Below are positions 41,601-51,536 of a DNA stretch of 64,000 nt, one piece after another; positions within the stretch are counted from its first letter, which is position 1, and each line of letters starts with the position of its first letter. The DNA is from Candidatus Ozemobacteraceae bacterium (GTDB lineage Bacteria > Muiribacteriota > Ozemobacteria > Ozemobacterales > Ozemobacteraceae). Position numbers and translations under genes: made by a program. The stretch spans positions 64,001 to 128,000 of the forward strand of contig OZ223236.1 in NCBI GenBank assembly GCA_965140445.1, written 5' to 3'. The notes beneath the pieces are model-generated. The model searched no databases. It had not been told where the DNA came from and worked only from the letters and a program-made list of their open reading frames with translations.

Positions 41601-42301
41601 TGAAAATTGGCACAAAAAACGAGCCTACAAGAATAAAATGGATAGAAGATACTCTGAAAAAAATTCCTGAAGGAGCCTCTATCCTTGATGCTGGAGCTGG
41701 TGAACGGCAATTTAAAAAATTCTGCTCCCATCTGAAATATTTTTGCCAGGATTTTGGCCAATACGACGGAAAAGGCGACGGAACTGCACTTCAAATGGGT
41801 TCGTGGGATCAAAAAGGCTTGGACTATGTTTGCGACATAACTTCGATCCCCGTAAAGGACGGCGAATTCGATTCTGTCATGTGCACTGAAGTGTTAGAGC
41901 ACCTTCCAGACCCAATAAGAGCTATTGAAGAAATGGCAAGAGTTACTAAACCCGGCGGACACATGCTGATTACTGCGCCTTTCGCCAGCCTTACTCACTT
42001 TTCTCCATATCATTTTGCTTCAGGATTTAATCGATATTTTTACGAGCATCATCTTGGTAGGCTGGGCTTTGAGATTGTTGAATGCACCCCAAATGGCAAT
42101 TTTTTTGAATTTGTAGCTCAAGAAATTCGCAGAATACCTTTTATAGCGCAGAACTACTCCAAACCAGTTAATAAATTTATCATCAAGCCTATAATTGGAC
42201 TTTTACTTCTTGCCTTATCTCATTTCAGTCGGCACGATAAAGGATCGCAGGAACTTCTTTGCTTCGGTTATCATGTCTTTGCCCGGAAAGTCGAAAAATA
42301 A
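41600..42301 (+). CDS. Class I SAM-dependent methyltransferase
   Basis: ILDAGAG, CTEVLEHLPDP, RVTKPGG; probable ATG 41600 overlapping upstream TAA. Confidence 0.9.
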   Translation: MKIGTKNEPTRIKWIEDTLKKIPEGASILDAGAGERQFKKFCSHLKYFCQDFGQYDGKGDGTALQMGSWDQKGLDYVCDITSIPVKDGEFDSVMCTEVLEHLPDPIRAIEEMARVTKPGGHMLITAPFASLTHFSPYHFASGFNRYFYEHHLGRLGFEIVECTPNGNFFEFVAQEIRRIPFIAQNYSKPVNKFIIKPIIGLLLLALSHFSRHDKGSQELLCFGYHVFARKVEK

Positions 42302-43465
42302 ATGAGAATCTTCTACGCTTCTGGCGAATCGCCATTCGCTGGAATTTCTTCTCAACTCTGGCGCAACAATCTTTACATGACTCTGGTAAAAATGGGGCAT
42401 GAAGTTTTTGAATTCACCTATGAACACATGAATGAAACATTCATGCATCTGGACGCAAGTAGACCCGACAGCAAAACCTTTATACAGTCTAACCGCCCAA
42501 GACTTTCAAGAGAGCTTTTAAAGCAAATATCCAAGCTTCATAAAGAGAAGCCAATAGACCTTTTCTTCAGTTATTTTTATGATAGCTGCATTGATCCAGC
42601 GGCTCTTGAAGAAATTAAAAAGATGGGAATCCTTACCATAAACTGGTATTGCAACGGATCATATCAGCTTCATCTGGTTAAAGAAATTTCCCCTTATTAC
42701 GATTTCTGCCTGGTTCCAGAGAAGTTTCGCCTAAAAGATTACAAAGCTATGGGAGCAAACCCCATTTATTGCCAGGAAGCAGCTAATCCTGAAGTTTACC
42801 ATCCCTATGATGTAGATCAGGAGTTTGATGCAGCCTTCATTGGTCAGGCTTATGGCGATAGACCAGCCAACATAAAGTTTCTACGCAACCAGGGAATAGA
42901 CATTAGGGTTTGGGGTTCAGGATGGAACCAGTTATCTTCCTCTCCTGCCTGCACAATAAAAAGAAATCTCAAGCGAACTGCGCACATTGCCAAGCGATTG
43001 ACTCAGATTTTAAGAGGTCGAGATAGCATTGAGAATCTTAAGAAAACCTTTAAACAGTGGAAAGAACTCCCTTCATTCTCCAGCACAACACTTGGACCGC
43101 CACTTTCAGATGAAGAAATGGTTAAAATGTATAGTCGTGCCAAAATCAATATAGGTTTCTCCAGTTGCGGTGAAACCCACAAAGACGAAGAGCGCATTTT
43201 GCAAATACGCCTGAGAGACTTTGAAGTTCCTATGAGTGGTGGCTTTTACATGGTTGAATACATGGAAGAATTGGAAGAATTCTTTGAGATTGGGAAAGAA
43301 ATGGTTTGCTACAAGGATATGACTGATTTAGCCAATAAAATAAAATACTATCTAAAAAACCCGGAAGAAAGAGAAGCCATACGAATTGCAGGGCATCAAC
43401 GTTGCTTAAAAGACCATACATGGCAGAAAAGATTCGAAATGGCCTTCCGAGAAATGGGAATTTAG
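42302..43465 (+). CDS. Glycosyltransferase (CgeB/Glyco_trans_1_2 type)
   Basis: FIGQAYGDR, VWGSGW, RDFEVPMSGGF, GHQRCLKDHTW. Confidence 0.88.
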   Translation: MRIFYASGESPFAGISSQLWRNNLYMTLVKMGHEVFEFTYEHMNETFMHLDASRPDSKTFIQSNRPRLSRELLKQISKLHKEKPIDLFFSYFYDSCIDPAALEEIKKMGILTINWYCNGSYQLHLVKEISPYYDFCLVPEKFRLKDYKAMGANPIYCQEAANPEVYHPYDVDQEFDAAFIGQAYGDRPANIKFLRNQGIDIRVWGSGWNQLSSSPACTIKRNLKRTAHIAKRLTQILRGRDSIENLKKTFKQWKELPSFSSTTLGPPLSDEEMVKMYSRAKINIGFSSCGETHKDEERILQIRLRDFEVPMSGGFYMVEYMEELEEFFEIGKEMVCYKDMTDLANKIKYYLKNPEEREAIRIAGHQRCLKDHTWQKRFEMAFREMGI

Positions 43466-43469
43466 CTGG

Positions 43470-44957
43470 CTATTTACCGAAAACCCTGAATTTTAATCCA
43501 CCAATGGCCGAATAGATCTTCTTTTTTTCCTCAGCAGTAAGCATTAACCATATAACCAACCAATAACCGAAAAGCAATGCAACTCTACTCTGTGCCTGTA
43601 CAGGAATCCAATCTGCGGTGTTATTCATTGCCGCGACCCAATACCCGGAAATTGTAACAGACAAAAAGATAAACCCCGACAATAGCGCTTGCCGAACACC
43701 TATAAATGCGCCACATTCTCGAAAGAGTCGTCCATAAATCAAAATTATTGTAAAAATTGCGCCACTGGCAAGTGCCATAACCACGCCCCATATCCCAAAA
43801 TATTCAACCTGGGTGTAGCTGATAAAGCCAACCATACTATGAACGCCGATTCCAAGAATAAAGTGAGTTCTATACCACCCTTGTCCTACTAGCATTCCCA
43901 GATAAACTGCAGATATTACATTCAACGATTCAATTACCATAAAAGCATACAAAAAGTCAGACCCTGCTATAAAAGCCGAAGAATAGAGCATTTTAAGCAT
44001 CAACTCCGGGAACAGAACCACGAAAACCATTATTGAGCCTAAAATTAAACTGATGGAGCGCAGATATTGATTTGCAACACCAATCTTTTCCTTTATAGGC
44101 ATGTCGCGCTTAAGAATTGGATCCAAATACAAATTTGTGGCTTGCCCAAGAGCAACAGTTATATACAAAACCATGCCATGAACCGCTTGATATAGTCCGA
44201 CCAGGTGCTCATTACCCTTTTTCAAAAGAGAGTATCTAACCACCATCAGCGCCATTGGACTTAAAAAATATAGAATACACCCGTAAATTATAAGCTCAAA
44301 TGATCCCTCTAACTTGCAAAGCTCCTTATAAACATTGGTTTTTCCGCGCAAAGGGCTAATATTCAGCTCAGATCCAAGCTTCATACCGCAGTAAAAAAGG
44401 ATTCCATACTCGGCAATTGCCTGAGCCACAAAAAAGCCTTTCAAACCAGCCACATACGCACCAATCAGCATGGCCACAGTGCCAGTTATAACATTTAAGA
44501 GCATGGTGATCGCAGAAAATCGATACTTCCCAGCTGTTGTAAAAACGCTTAGCAAAAAGCCCTTTAAAGCCATAGGCATAACCATGCTCAAAGAGATAAT
44601 TGTCAGAAGTTGATATGACTGCAACTGCGGATCAAGCATGGAATTATATTTGTAAATTAACAATGATCCAACGCCCATTCCGAAAATACTTAGGTAAAAA
44701 ATGCCGCGAAAAAACACTTTAACCTGTTTTTCAAAATCTTCTTTGCCATGGGAAAAAGCAACCGCCATATATCTGGTCGCAACCCATGGTAAAGCCAACG
44801 TGCTGACCTGGATTACCAGTTGAACAAACTGGTTTATAAGACTAATTACTCCCAGACCGTCCGGGCCCAATAAAAGAGCCACAAATTTCATTTTCAGGAT
44901 CTGTACAGCCGCCTGAAGAACCTGAATTCCGGCCAAAGAAAGAATTATTTTGAACAT
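43470..44957 (-). CDS. Wzx/MOP-family polysaccharide flippase
   Basis: KFVALLLGPDGLG, VGLYQA, about 12-14 TM segments. Confidence 0.82.
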   Translation of the reverse strand: MFKIILSLAGIQVLQAAVQILKMKFVALLLGPDGLGVISLINQFVQLVIQVSTLALPWVATRYMAVAFSHGKEDFEKQVKVFFRGIFYLSIFGMGVGSLLIYKYNSMLDPQLQSYQLLTIISLSMVMPMALKGFLLSVFTTAGKYRFSAITMLLNVITGTVAMLIGAYVAGLKGFFVAQAIAEYGILFYCGMKLGSELNISPLRGKTNVYKELCKLEGSFELIIYGCILYFLSPMALMVVRYSLLKKGNEHLVGLYQAVHGMVLYITVALGQATNLYLDPILKRDMPIKEKIGVANQYLRSISLILGSIMVFVVLFPELMLKMLYSSAFIAGSDFLYAFMVIESLNVISAVYLGMLVGQGWYRTHFILGIGVHSMVGFISYTQVEYFGIWGVVMALASGAIFTIILIYGRLFRECGAFIGVRQALLSGFIFLSVTISGYWVAAMNNTADWIPVQAQSRVALLFGYWLVIWLMLTAEEKKKIYSAIGGLKFRVFGK

Positions 44958-45092
44958 GCCAGCTCTGCTATTTTAGATTTAACCTGCCTGTGAGCAGCTT
45001 AACGCAACTTTTCGGCTTAGGATTTCAAGCCACACTATACAATGCAACATCGCATTAATTCAATGGTTCATTACGATTTAAGAAAAACACCT

Positions 45093-45323
45093 CTAGTAAT
45101 GCCGATACCTCATATAAAGATAGAAGACACATCCCCCAATAACAACCAGAACAACCAACAATAGAGCTATAGCCCCAAGTTTCTCCATTATAAAATCATT
45201 CATATCCTGATCTGGATCTGGAGCAGTTTTAAAAATAATCTTAAGAGAATCCCCGGCAAAACCAATCAGGCCCGAAAAAACATCTGAGTTAAAGTTAGGG
45301 TCCTTGTGATGTCTTCTTCGCAT
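45093..45323 (-). CDS. Small membrane protein
   Basis: ATG 45323 after GGAGG; C-terminal TM helix. Confidence 0.6.
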   Translation of the reverse strand: MRRRHHKDPNFNSDVFSGLIGFAGDSLKIIFKTAPDPDQDMNDFIMEKLGAIALLLVVLVVIGGCVFYLYMRYRHY

Positions 45324-45427
45324 AGAGCCTCCATTGATAAATCGGATTTTGATCAATAAAAGGATACCAAGAAGCCTGACTAATTCAAAGCTAATTTAAA
45401 GCCACTTTACGGTAGATTCCAAGCAAA

Positions 45428-45652
45428 TCAGGGCCTGAGAAAGTCTTCCAATACCTTATGGTTTATGACAGTTTTGAATTCCAAAGCCTCTTCATTCTTT
45501 TCTGGAAGAACTATAGAAGCCAGTGAGCTGACCTTTGAGTCTTCGCCTTGCGCCGTTGCTGGCAGTCCTTCTCCACCGGATGATAACGAATCGTTACTCA
45601 AAAAATACTCCACAAGGTTACGAAAAGGTGCAATTACTAACTGTTTTGACAT
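45428..45652 (-). CDS. Small hypothetical protein (74 aa)
   Basis: GAAAGGA RBS upstream of ATG; plausible composition. Confidence 0.55.
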   Translation of the reverse strand: MSKQLVIAPFRNLVEYFLSNDSLSSGGEGLPATAQGEDSKVSSLASIVLPEKNEEALEFKTVINHKVLEDFLRP

Positions 45653-45747
45653 TTTGAAATCCTTTCACTCTGTAAAACGTGCTACTAGAAGGAAGTAAGA
45701 AACACAGACGCCGTAACAAACCAGAAACAAACATAAAATTCATTCCT

Positions 45748-45793
45748 AAAAAGAAAACTCCCTCAAAAAGTTGCGGACACTTTAAGAGGGAGT
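45748..45793 (-). terminator. Terminator in the leader of the 74-aa gene
   Basis: Minus strand actccctc...gagggagt followed by tttcttttt. Confidence 0.7.
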
Positions 45794-45888
45794 CGCTTTT
45801 GCGAACCTTATTTTTCAGTCTTTTTCTTTTAAAAAACTTAATCCAGGGGTTCATAGAACCTCAATAATGTTAAATTTTTCATGGGCAA

Positions 45889-45917
45889 ATATTAGCCTAA
45901 CATTGAGCCCCGGTCAA
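45889..45917 (-). promoter_or_regulatory. Putative sigma70 promoter
   Basis: TTGACC, 17 nt spacer, TAATAT on minus strand. Confidence 0.5.
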
Positions 45918-45918
45918 C

Positions 45919-45956
45919 AAAAAAATGAGGCCGGTCCAAATTTTTGGAACGGCCCC
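45919..45956 (-). terminator. Terminator after the secreted-protein pair
   Basis: Minus strand ggggccgttccaaa / tttggaccggcctc followed by attttttt. Confidence 0.8.
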
Positions 45957-45987
45957 AATTTTAGATACCTTATTTGTTAAGTTTGGT

Positions 45988-46983
45988 TTACTTGACCTTT
46001 AATGGAACAAACAAAACCTGTCTGTTGCCAGCCAAATCGGTTGCATCCACATACAGATACGGTTCGTCAGGCATATTCAACTCAGCCAGATTAATTTCAG
46101 GCTGATTAACAGGCGAAATAGGAGTGGGTTCTCCACCTGCACCAGCACAAATACCCATTTTCAGTTTATTATTATCAAGCTTGTAGTTATCGCCGCCATT
46201 AACTTTAAGAATCAGCACAGAGTCCGCTGGAACTGTAATTGCAACCTGATCCGGGACAACAACCATACCAGAGCCAAGTTCCAGACCCTGAACAGTTAAA
46301 ACTTCTTCAGGATCAGATTTCTTAACCAAAGCGCCAGTGAAATACACGTCTGCAAGCTTGGGAAGTGGATACTTATTCGGTGGATTTTCCGCCACCCAGA
46401 AAGTTCCATTTGCCCCACCCTTAACCGATACTTCAAGACCACATGTAGGAGGAGTAATATCCAGAACTCTTACATCTTTTGCCGCACTCGAATTTACAAA
46501 TGTGCCTTTTGAAGTGCCTGATTCAGGGTCTTGATAACGCATTTTTCGACCAGCGTAGCAAGTAATAGCGCCCTTACCAGTTGGATTTAACGGAGTAACA
46601 ACCATCTGGTTAACTGCAACAGCGTAAGTAGTAGATGCTGGAGTATTTTTATTCGCTTCCCAGTCAACAAAGAACCATGAAATTGCAGCATTTCTCATCC
46701 ATGAAGGGCTTGGAATTTCCTGCCCTTTATATTCTGCTGGCGGATATGGTTCAAAAATACTTGTATCTGCTACAACTGTAATAGGTATATCTTCAGTCAA
46801 AGTGGCCGGAATTGCTTCGCCATTTTCCATGTATATCTTCATGGGAACTATCGGACTTAGCTCTGCTGGATGTGGCCCAATCGTTACCCCTTCGAGCCAT
46901 GGAGCATCTTTTGCGAAAGATGGACCGATTAGTGCTAAGCTAATAAGTACTGTTACAAATATTAGAGAAAACCTGATCTTCAT
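45988..46983 (-). CDS. Exported protein with Ig-like motifs
   Basis: Signal peptide MKIRF...SFA; VLDITPP ... DATDLAGN. Confidence 0.75.
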   Translation of the reverse strand: MKIRFSLIFVTVLISLALIGPSFAKDAPWLEGVTIGPHPAELSPIVPMKIYMENGEAIPATLTEDIPITVVADTSIFEPYPPAEYKGQEIPSPSWMRNAAISWFFVDWEANKNTPASTTYAVAVNQMVVTPLNPTGKGAITCYAGRKMRYQDPESGTSKGTFVNSSAAKDVRVLDITPPTCGLEVSVKGGANGTFWVAENPPNKYPLPKLADVYFTGALVKKSDPEEVLTVQGLELGSGMVVVPDQVAITVPADSVLILKVNGGDNYKLDNNKLKMGICAGAGGEPTPISPVNQPEINLAELNMPDEPYLYVDATDLAGNRQVLFVPLKVK

Positions 46984-47010
46984 TTTTTTATCCTCTGTTG
47001 CTATAGCCAA

Positions 47011-48291
47011 TTATTCGTTTCTTCCACCTTCGAAAGAAGCCTTAGTGTTAACTACATACAAAGGCATTCTAATATTAGTTATGTTTCCTTCTTTATCTGC
47101 AGCTGTTGCAACAAAGAAATATTCTGGCTGATCTTCATAGTCCTTGCGAGGATAGTTTGGTACGCGGAACATATAGCCTGCGCCGTTCTTTTCAACTTCA
47201 TTTCCATCAGCATCTTCGATTCTGGCATTAACATCGCCTGCGGTAGCTCTAAGGTTGCCATTATCTGTAGACATTGCAGCAAAAATAAATGGAACATTTC
47301 GGCGGACAAATACGCCTTTAAGGTTTTTGCCTTCTCCACCAACAACGTTTACGTGATTGTTGTAGGTTTTCTGATCAATTTTAGCTGTTAAATTTCCAGC
47401 TTCGAATTTTGGCGCGCCACGTTCGTTGAAAAGATTACCAGCGATTGAAAGTCTGGCTGTCTTTTTCCAGGGGATTTCGTCTCTATCTTCATCATCGCCT
47501 TCGTCCAGGAAAATATAACTGGCTGCTTCAAAGTCATCCGCATTCTTTGAAAATGGACGACCTTTATTTTCAATAATTTTTGCTTCCATTGTAGATCGCA
47601 ATTCTTCTTCTGTTTCACTCATATTCACAGATCCAGCGCCTTCCTGGAAAGCGACCCAAAGATCTGGAGAAGTACAATCATGAACCTGAATACCAATTCT
47701 CTGCTGAGCAGTTACAGTGCTTGAGCTTCCGCCTGAAGCCGCTGCAGGATCGGTGCTTGTGCTTGTGCCAGTAGATGTACTGTCACTTCCTGATCCTTCT
47801 CCTTCTGGTACGTCATCTGCAGTTCCGCCAGGAGTTGAAACAAGTCTGGCTCCACCATTATGAACCTGATAGTAACCGGGGGTTGTAATGTTACTGGAGT
47901 TTGTAGCATTATTAGTGTTTTCTGAGCTCTTTGTTTCTAAAGAACCATCATCGCACTCTTTTTTAACTTCCCAGTTGATGTTTGGTTCTGATTCAAAACT
48001 TGCAGTCTCTGCAATAGCAGCTGCATCAACGTTATACAAATCGGAGTTTTCCTGCATAAGATAACCAACGTCTTCAAGCCACTGGAGATCGCCCGTTCCT
48101 GTTTCTGAGCCTCTGAATCCATCTGGCATAACGTATTTGTCATCTTTAACACCAAGACTCATATCTACGCTATCAGGAAGTGTTACAGCTTCAGATGCAG
48201 TATCTTCCGGCTCCTGAGCCAACACAGGAAATGACAATGCGAAAACAAAAACTCCCAGCATTACACATGCCAACCTATTCCAAGATTTCAT
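47011..48291 (-). CDS. Exported acidic protein with Ig-like motifs and Ser/Thr/Gly linker
   Basis: Signal peptide ending VLA; VHDCTSP ... TAADKEGN. Confidence 0.78.
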   Translation of the reverse strand: MKSWNRLACVMLGVFVFALSFPVLAQEPEDTASEAVTLPDSVDMSLGVKDDKYVMPDGFRGSETGTGDLQWLEDVGYLMQENSDLYNVDAAAIAETASFESEPNINWEVKKECDDGSLETKSSENTNNATNSSNITTPGYYQVHNGGARLVSTPGGTADDVPEGEGSGSDSTSTGTSTSTDPAAASGGSSSTVTAQQRIGIQVHDCTSPDLWVAFQEGAGSVNMSETEEELRSTMEAKIIENKGRPFSKNADDFEAASYIFLDEGDDEDRDEIPWKKTARLSIAGNLFNERGAPKFEAGNLTAKIDQKTYNNHVNVVGGEGKNLKGVFVRRNVPFIFAAMSTDNGNLRATAGDVNARIEDADGNEVEKNGAGYMFRVPNYPRKDYEDQPEYFFVATAADKEGNITNIRMPLYVVNTKASFEGGRNE

Positions 48292-48547
48292 ACAGTCTCC
48301 TCCGTTTTTTGGTCAAAAATTGTTATCCGACCTTGATCTAATTAATAATACGATTAAACACCCATAGATGTTACAAGTTATTTTTATTATTTATTTTTAC
48401 CTGTAATGGCATTTTCTTAGAGCGTTTTTGTTTATTAAATTTTGTTAGTGGTACCTTATGTGGTCCTCTGAGTCAAAGTTGTTTTGCAAATTCTTTGCAT
48501 ATGACGAGAGCGTAGCAAAACAAATGGCAATATTGTAGAATTCGCAT

Positions 48548-51535
48548 ATGTCTTTCTTATTTGAAAAGAGAAAATTGGGAAAAACTCCAGAAATTGAATT
48601 TGGAAAGCTGGAGAGGTTAAAAAAACTTCTCGCTCTTTTTCTGCTGTTTTTATTATTTGCCTTTCCGCTGCTAACTTTACAAAGCAAGCTTATGCAAATA
48701 CAAGATTTCAGAAAAGCCTGGTCAGAAGCTGAAGAAGAAAACATTCTACGCGAAGAAATGTCAGAATTTAAAAATGATTTCGACTCAGAGTCTTTTTTGA
48801 CCAAGTTTCTCCAGCGCAATCTGCCAGGCGAAATTCTGACTAAGGCCTTTATAAAAGCCAGCATAGAAGAATCCCCGGATAAAAAAAAACAGCTGTTTCA
48901 CAGTATCTTCACATTTGTTTCTGACAAAGTTTTAAACCAACAGCTAAATTTTAAACCTCTCTTTGTTATTGTCTCAGATGAAAGCATGTACAACACTTTC
49001 TCCTACTTTTCCGACGAATTTTTGAAAAAGCAAAAAATTCAGATGATCAACGGAGACTTGGATAACAAAGATTTTTTAAGCCAATTTTTCCTCTTTTTCT
49101 CTTTTTCCGGCAATTCACAATTTTTTATGCCACAAAATCTGGTTGAGAAAATGAATTTGTTTGTAAAAAAGTGGCATAAATCTCCTGAGCAAAGTGAAAA
49201 TTCTAAATATTTTTACAAAGGTGTCATCAGCACCTTTGTAAAAGAGGCACCGTATCCTGGCAAAGTTAACACATACTTCTCTGACATTTTTGGTTTCCAG
49301 AACATCCTTTATTACACGTTTCCAGTGCTCTCCAACAACTATCACTACGGAAGCCTGACTATTGCCTATCTTGATAACCAGTTCTATGACCAAAATCACT
49401 TAAGCTCTATTCCGCTAGTTAATCGAAGCAAGAAAGTAAAAAGATTTTTTGTTTCTCAAAAAACAAAGGAAAACCTGGGCAAAACCAATAAATTTGTTTT
49501 TGAAGAATATTCAGCAAAATTGAATAAGGAAAAACTAAAAAAATTAATTCTTGGGGTAAAAATTTCCAGCCCTGACATCTCCAGGATTTCTAAAGCAATT
49601 GCTTTCACAGGATGGTTAATCAGGCTACTCTGCCTCATGTCTTTCACTATGTTGGTGAGAATAGGACTTTTTGACTATAGCTTACCGATGCCCCTGAGAC
49701 TGAAACTAATGGGAATTTTCTTTTTAGCGATTTCAATCCCTGCAATAGCTGGTGGAATATTATTTTTTGGCATCTTTTCTAATCATGTATCAGTAAAACA
49801 GAGACTGGCAAAATCCCACCTTGAAACCAAACTGAACATGATGAATCTTTCTTATCAGGAAGCCGAAGATAGACAGGTTTTAAACAACCTGTTTTTTAAA
49901 TATCTGTTAGTCCAAAATTCGGAGATCGACTCTCTTACAAACTTTGAAATAAGCAAATATAAAAACTTCTTTGGAGACAACATCCATACTTCTTTTATCT
50001 ACAACAGAAAAGGAGAATCTTTTTCAAGTCTCAACAACCATTATAAGAAAAAAATAGACAGCATAAAGCTTTCCAACAGCATCTTCACTTTGAAAAACAT
50101 TTCAGGCCTAATAGATAATCCCAAAACTAAAAAAGACTTGAAAAAGCTTACTGTTGCAATGGGATTCGCAGACAAGGTTCTTGGTCTTTTTGATTTTTCT
50201 GCGGCAGCCGGCTCCGAGGGAGAAAACATTGCTAGAGTTTCTGACATAAATTCCCTTTCAAGATCTGAATTTTTTCTTTTTCCAGATATGAAACATCCAT
50301 TTTTCCCCCCAAATGGAGTAGGTTTCTTCGAAATATCATCAAGGAATCAATTTTCCAGCCTATTAGTATCAAAGCAAAAACAAAACCTGGATATTTTCAA
50401 TTCCCGTACAGACATATACGACACTGAATTAGCTTTAGCCTTAAGGGATTCTCTCGAGATACACTGCGAGAATTGGTTGTCTCCAGCACTAAGACACACT
50501 CCAGTCTTATCTAAGTTGTTCCAGACTGCCATGAACACTCGATCAACAGGTGAAGCAAATCATGAAAATTCCAACAACATCTTTTACGCATGGCGCTTTC
50601 AAGAAACTATCCCTTTAATTTTTGCAGGAATAACAAAAGTTAACCAAAAAACCCTCACTTCTTTTTACCTTGAGTTAGCCCCCTGGCTTCTTGGGATATT
50701 TTGTCTATTAGCCCTGATTCTTGTATCAGAAATAGTTTCAAATCTGTTTTTATCGCCAATAAAAGTACTTTCCAAAGGTCTAAAACAAATATCAGAAACT
50801 GGCGACTTTAACCTTAGCGTCGAAATTCACAACAATGATGAATTTGATCAACTTGGTTCATCTTTCAATGCTATGACTCGCGGATTAATGATGAAAAAGC
50901 ACATATCAAGATTCGTTTCAAAGAGACTTCTAAATGAAATTGAGAATGAACGGGAAAAAGATTCCAGCAGTTCCTCGAATGAATCGGAAATGACCATTTT
51001 GGCCTCTGACATCCGTGACTTCACTACAATTTCGGAAAACAATCCTCCCGAATTAGTCGTTAACATCTTGAACAATTACTTTACGATTATGGAATCCTGC
51101 ATTCTAAGCGAAGGCGGTATTATCGAAAAATTCATTGGTGACGCAATAATTGCCATTTTCACTCCTGATGAAACTGGAAATTCAGGCCTTCGAGCATGCA
51201 GAGCAGCCGTAAAAATGAGAGAGGCAGTAAAGGATTTCAATAAATCTGAACTGCTTTTAAAAGAAAGTTTTGAGATAGAAAACGGGATTGGGATCACAAC
51301 GGGAAGAGCGATAGTAGCAAACCTGGGAAAAAATTATTCTCGAAAATTTTTCACGATAATCGGTGAACTGCCAGACAGTGCCGAAAATCTTGAAGCACTT
51401 ACAAAATCTGGATCCTTTTCAAAAATTATCATTGATTTGTCTACCAGAAACATGATCAAGAATGAATTCAAAACACTCAAAGTGGTTTCTAGTAATTCAT
51501 TAGAGGCTTATGAAATAATGGATAGGGCAAATTGA
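48548..51535 (+). CDS. Membrane class III nucleotidyl cyclase (4 TM, HAMP), C1-like half
   Basis: HAMP DEFDQLGSSFNAM; ASDIRDFT and KFIGDA keep both metal Asp; FTIIGELPDSAEN lacks the Asn/Arg pair. Confidence 0.92.
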   Translation: MSFLFEKRKLGKTPEIEFGKLERLKKLLALFLLFLLFAFPLLTLQSKLMQIQDFRKAWSEAEEENILREEMSEFKNDFDSESFLTKFLQRNLPGEILTKAFIKASIEESPDKKKQLFHSIFTFVSDKVLNQQLNFKPLFVIVSDESMYNTFSYFSDEFLKKQKIQMINGDLDNKDFLSQFFLFFSFSGNSQFFMPQNLVEKMNLFVKKWHKSPEQSENSKYFYKGVISTFVKEAPYPGKVNTYFSDIFGFQNILYYTFPVLSNNYHYGSLTIAYLDNQFYDQNHLSSIPLVNRSKKVKRFFVSQKTKENLGKTNKFVFEEYSAKLNKEKLKKLILGVKISSPDISRISKAIAFTGWLIRLLCLMSFTMLVRIGLFDYSLPMPLRLKLMGIFFLAISIPAIAGGILFFGIFSNHVSVKQRLAKSHLETKLNMMNLSYQEAEDRQVLNNLFFKYLLVQNSEIDSLTNFEISKYKNFFGDNIHTSFIYNRKGESFSSLNNHYKKKIDSIKLSNSIFTLKNISGLIDNPKTKKDLKKLTVAMGFADKVLGLFDFSAAAGSEGENIARVSDINSLSRSEFFLFPDMKHPFFPPNGVGFFEISSRNQFSSLLVSKQKQNLDIFNSRTDIYDTELALALRDSLEIHCENWLSPALRHTPVLSKLFQTAMNTRSTGEANHENSNNIFYAWRFQETIPLIFAGITKVNQKTLTSFYLELAPWLLGIFCLLALILVSEIVSNLFLSPIKVLSKGLKQISETGDFNLSVEIHNNDEFDQLGSSFNAMTRGLMMKKHISRFVSKRLLNEIENEREKDSSSSSNESEMTILASDIRDFTTISENNPPELVVNILNNYFTIMESCILSEGGIIEKFIGDAIIAIFTPDETGNSGLRACRAAVKMREAVKDFNKSELLLKESFEIENGIGITTGRAIVANLGKNYSRKFFTIIGELPDSAENLEALTKSGSFSKIIIDLSTRNMIKNEFKTLKVVSSNSLEAYEIMDRAN

Positions 51536-51536
51536 G

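Noticed and set aside
45835..45865. preQ1-I riboswitch-like start (GAGGTTCTA, minus strand)
   Set aside because: No matching P1 3' strand, no A-rich tail, and no queuosine gene downstream.
45618..45867. Overlapping 62-78-aa ORFs on both strands
   Set aside because: They run across a terminator hairpin, lack an RBS and have no recognisable features.
45848..45875. dif-like 28-mer GGTTCATAGAA-CCTCAA-TAATGTTAAAT
   Set aside because: Arms resemble XerC/XerD sites, but the spacer is atypical and the conserved TTAT is TAAT. A parS site in the same window implies origin rather than terminus proximity, and spot checks showed no GC-skew switch.
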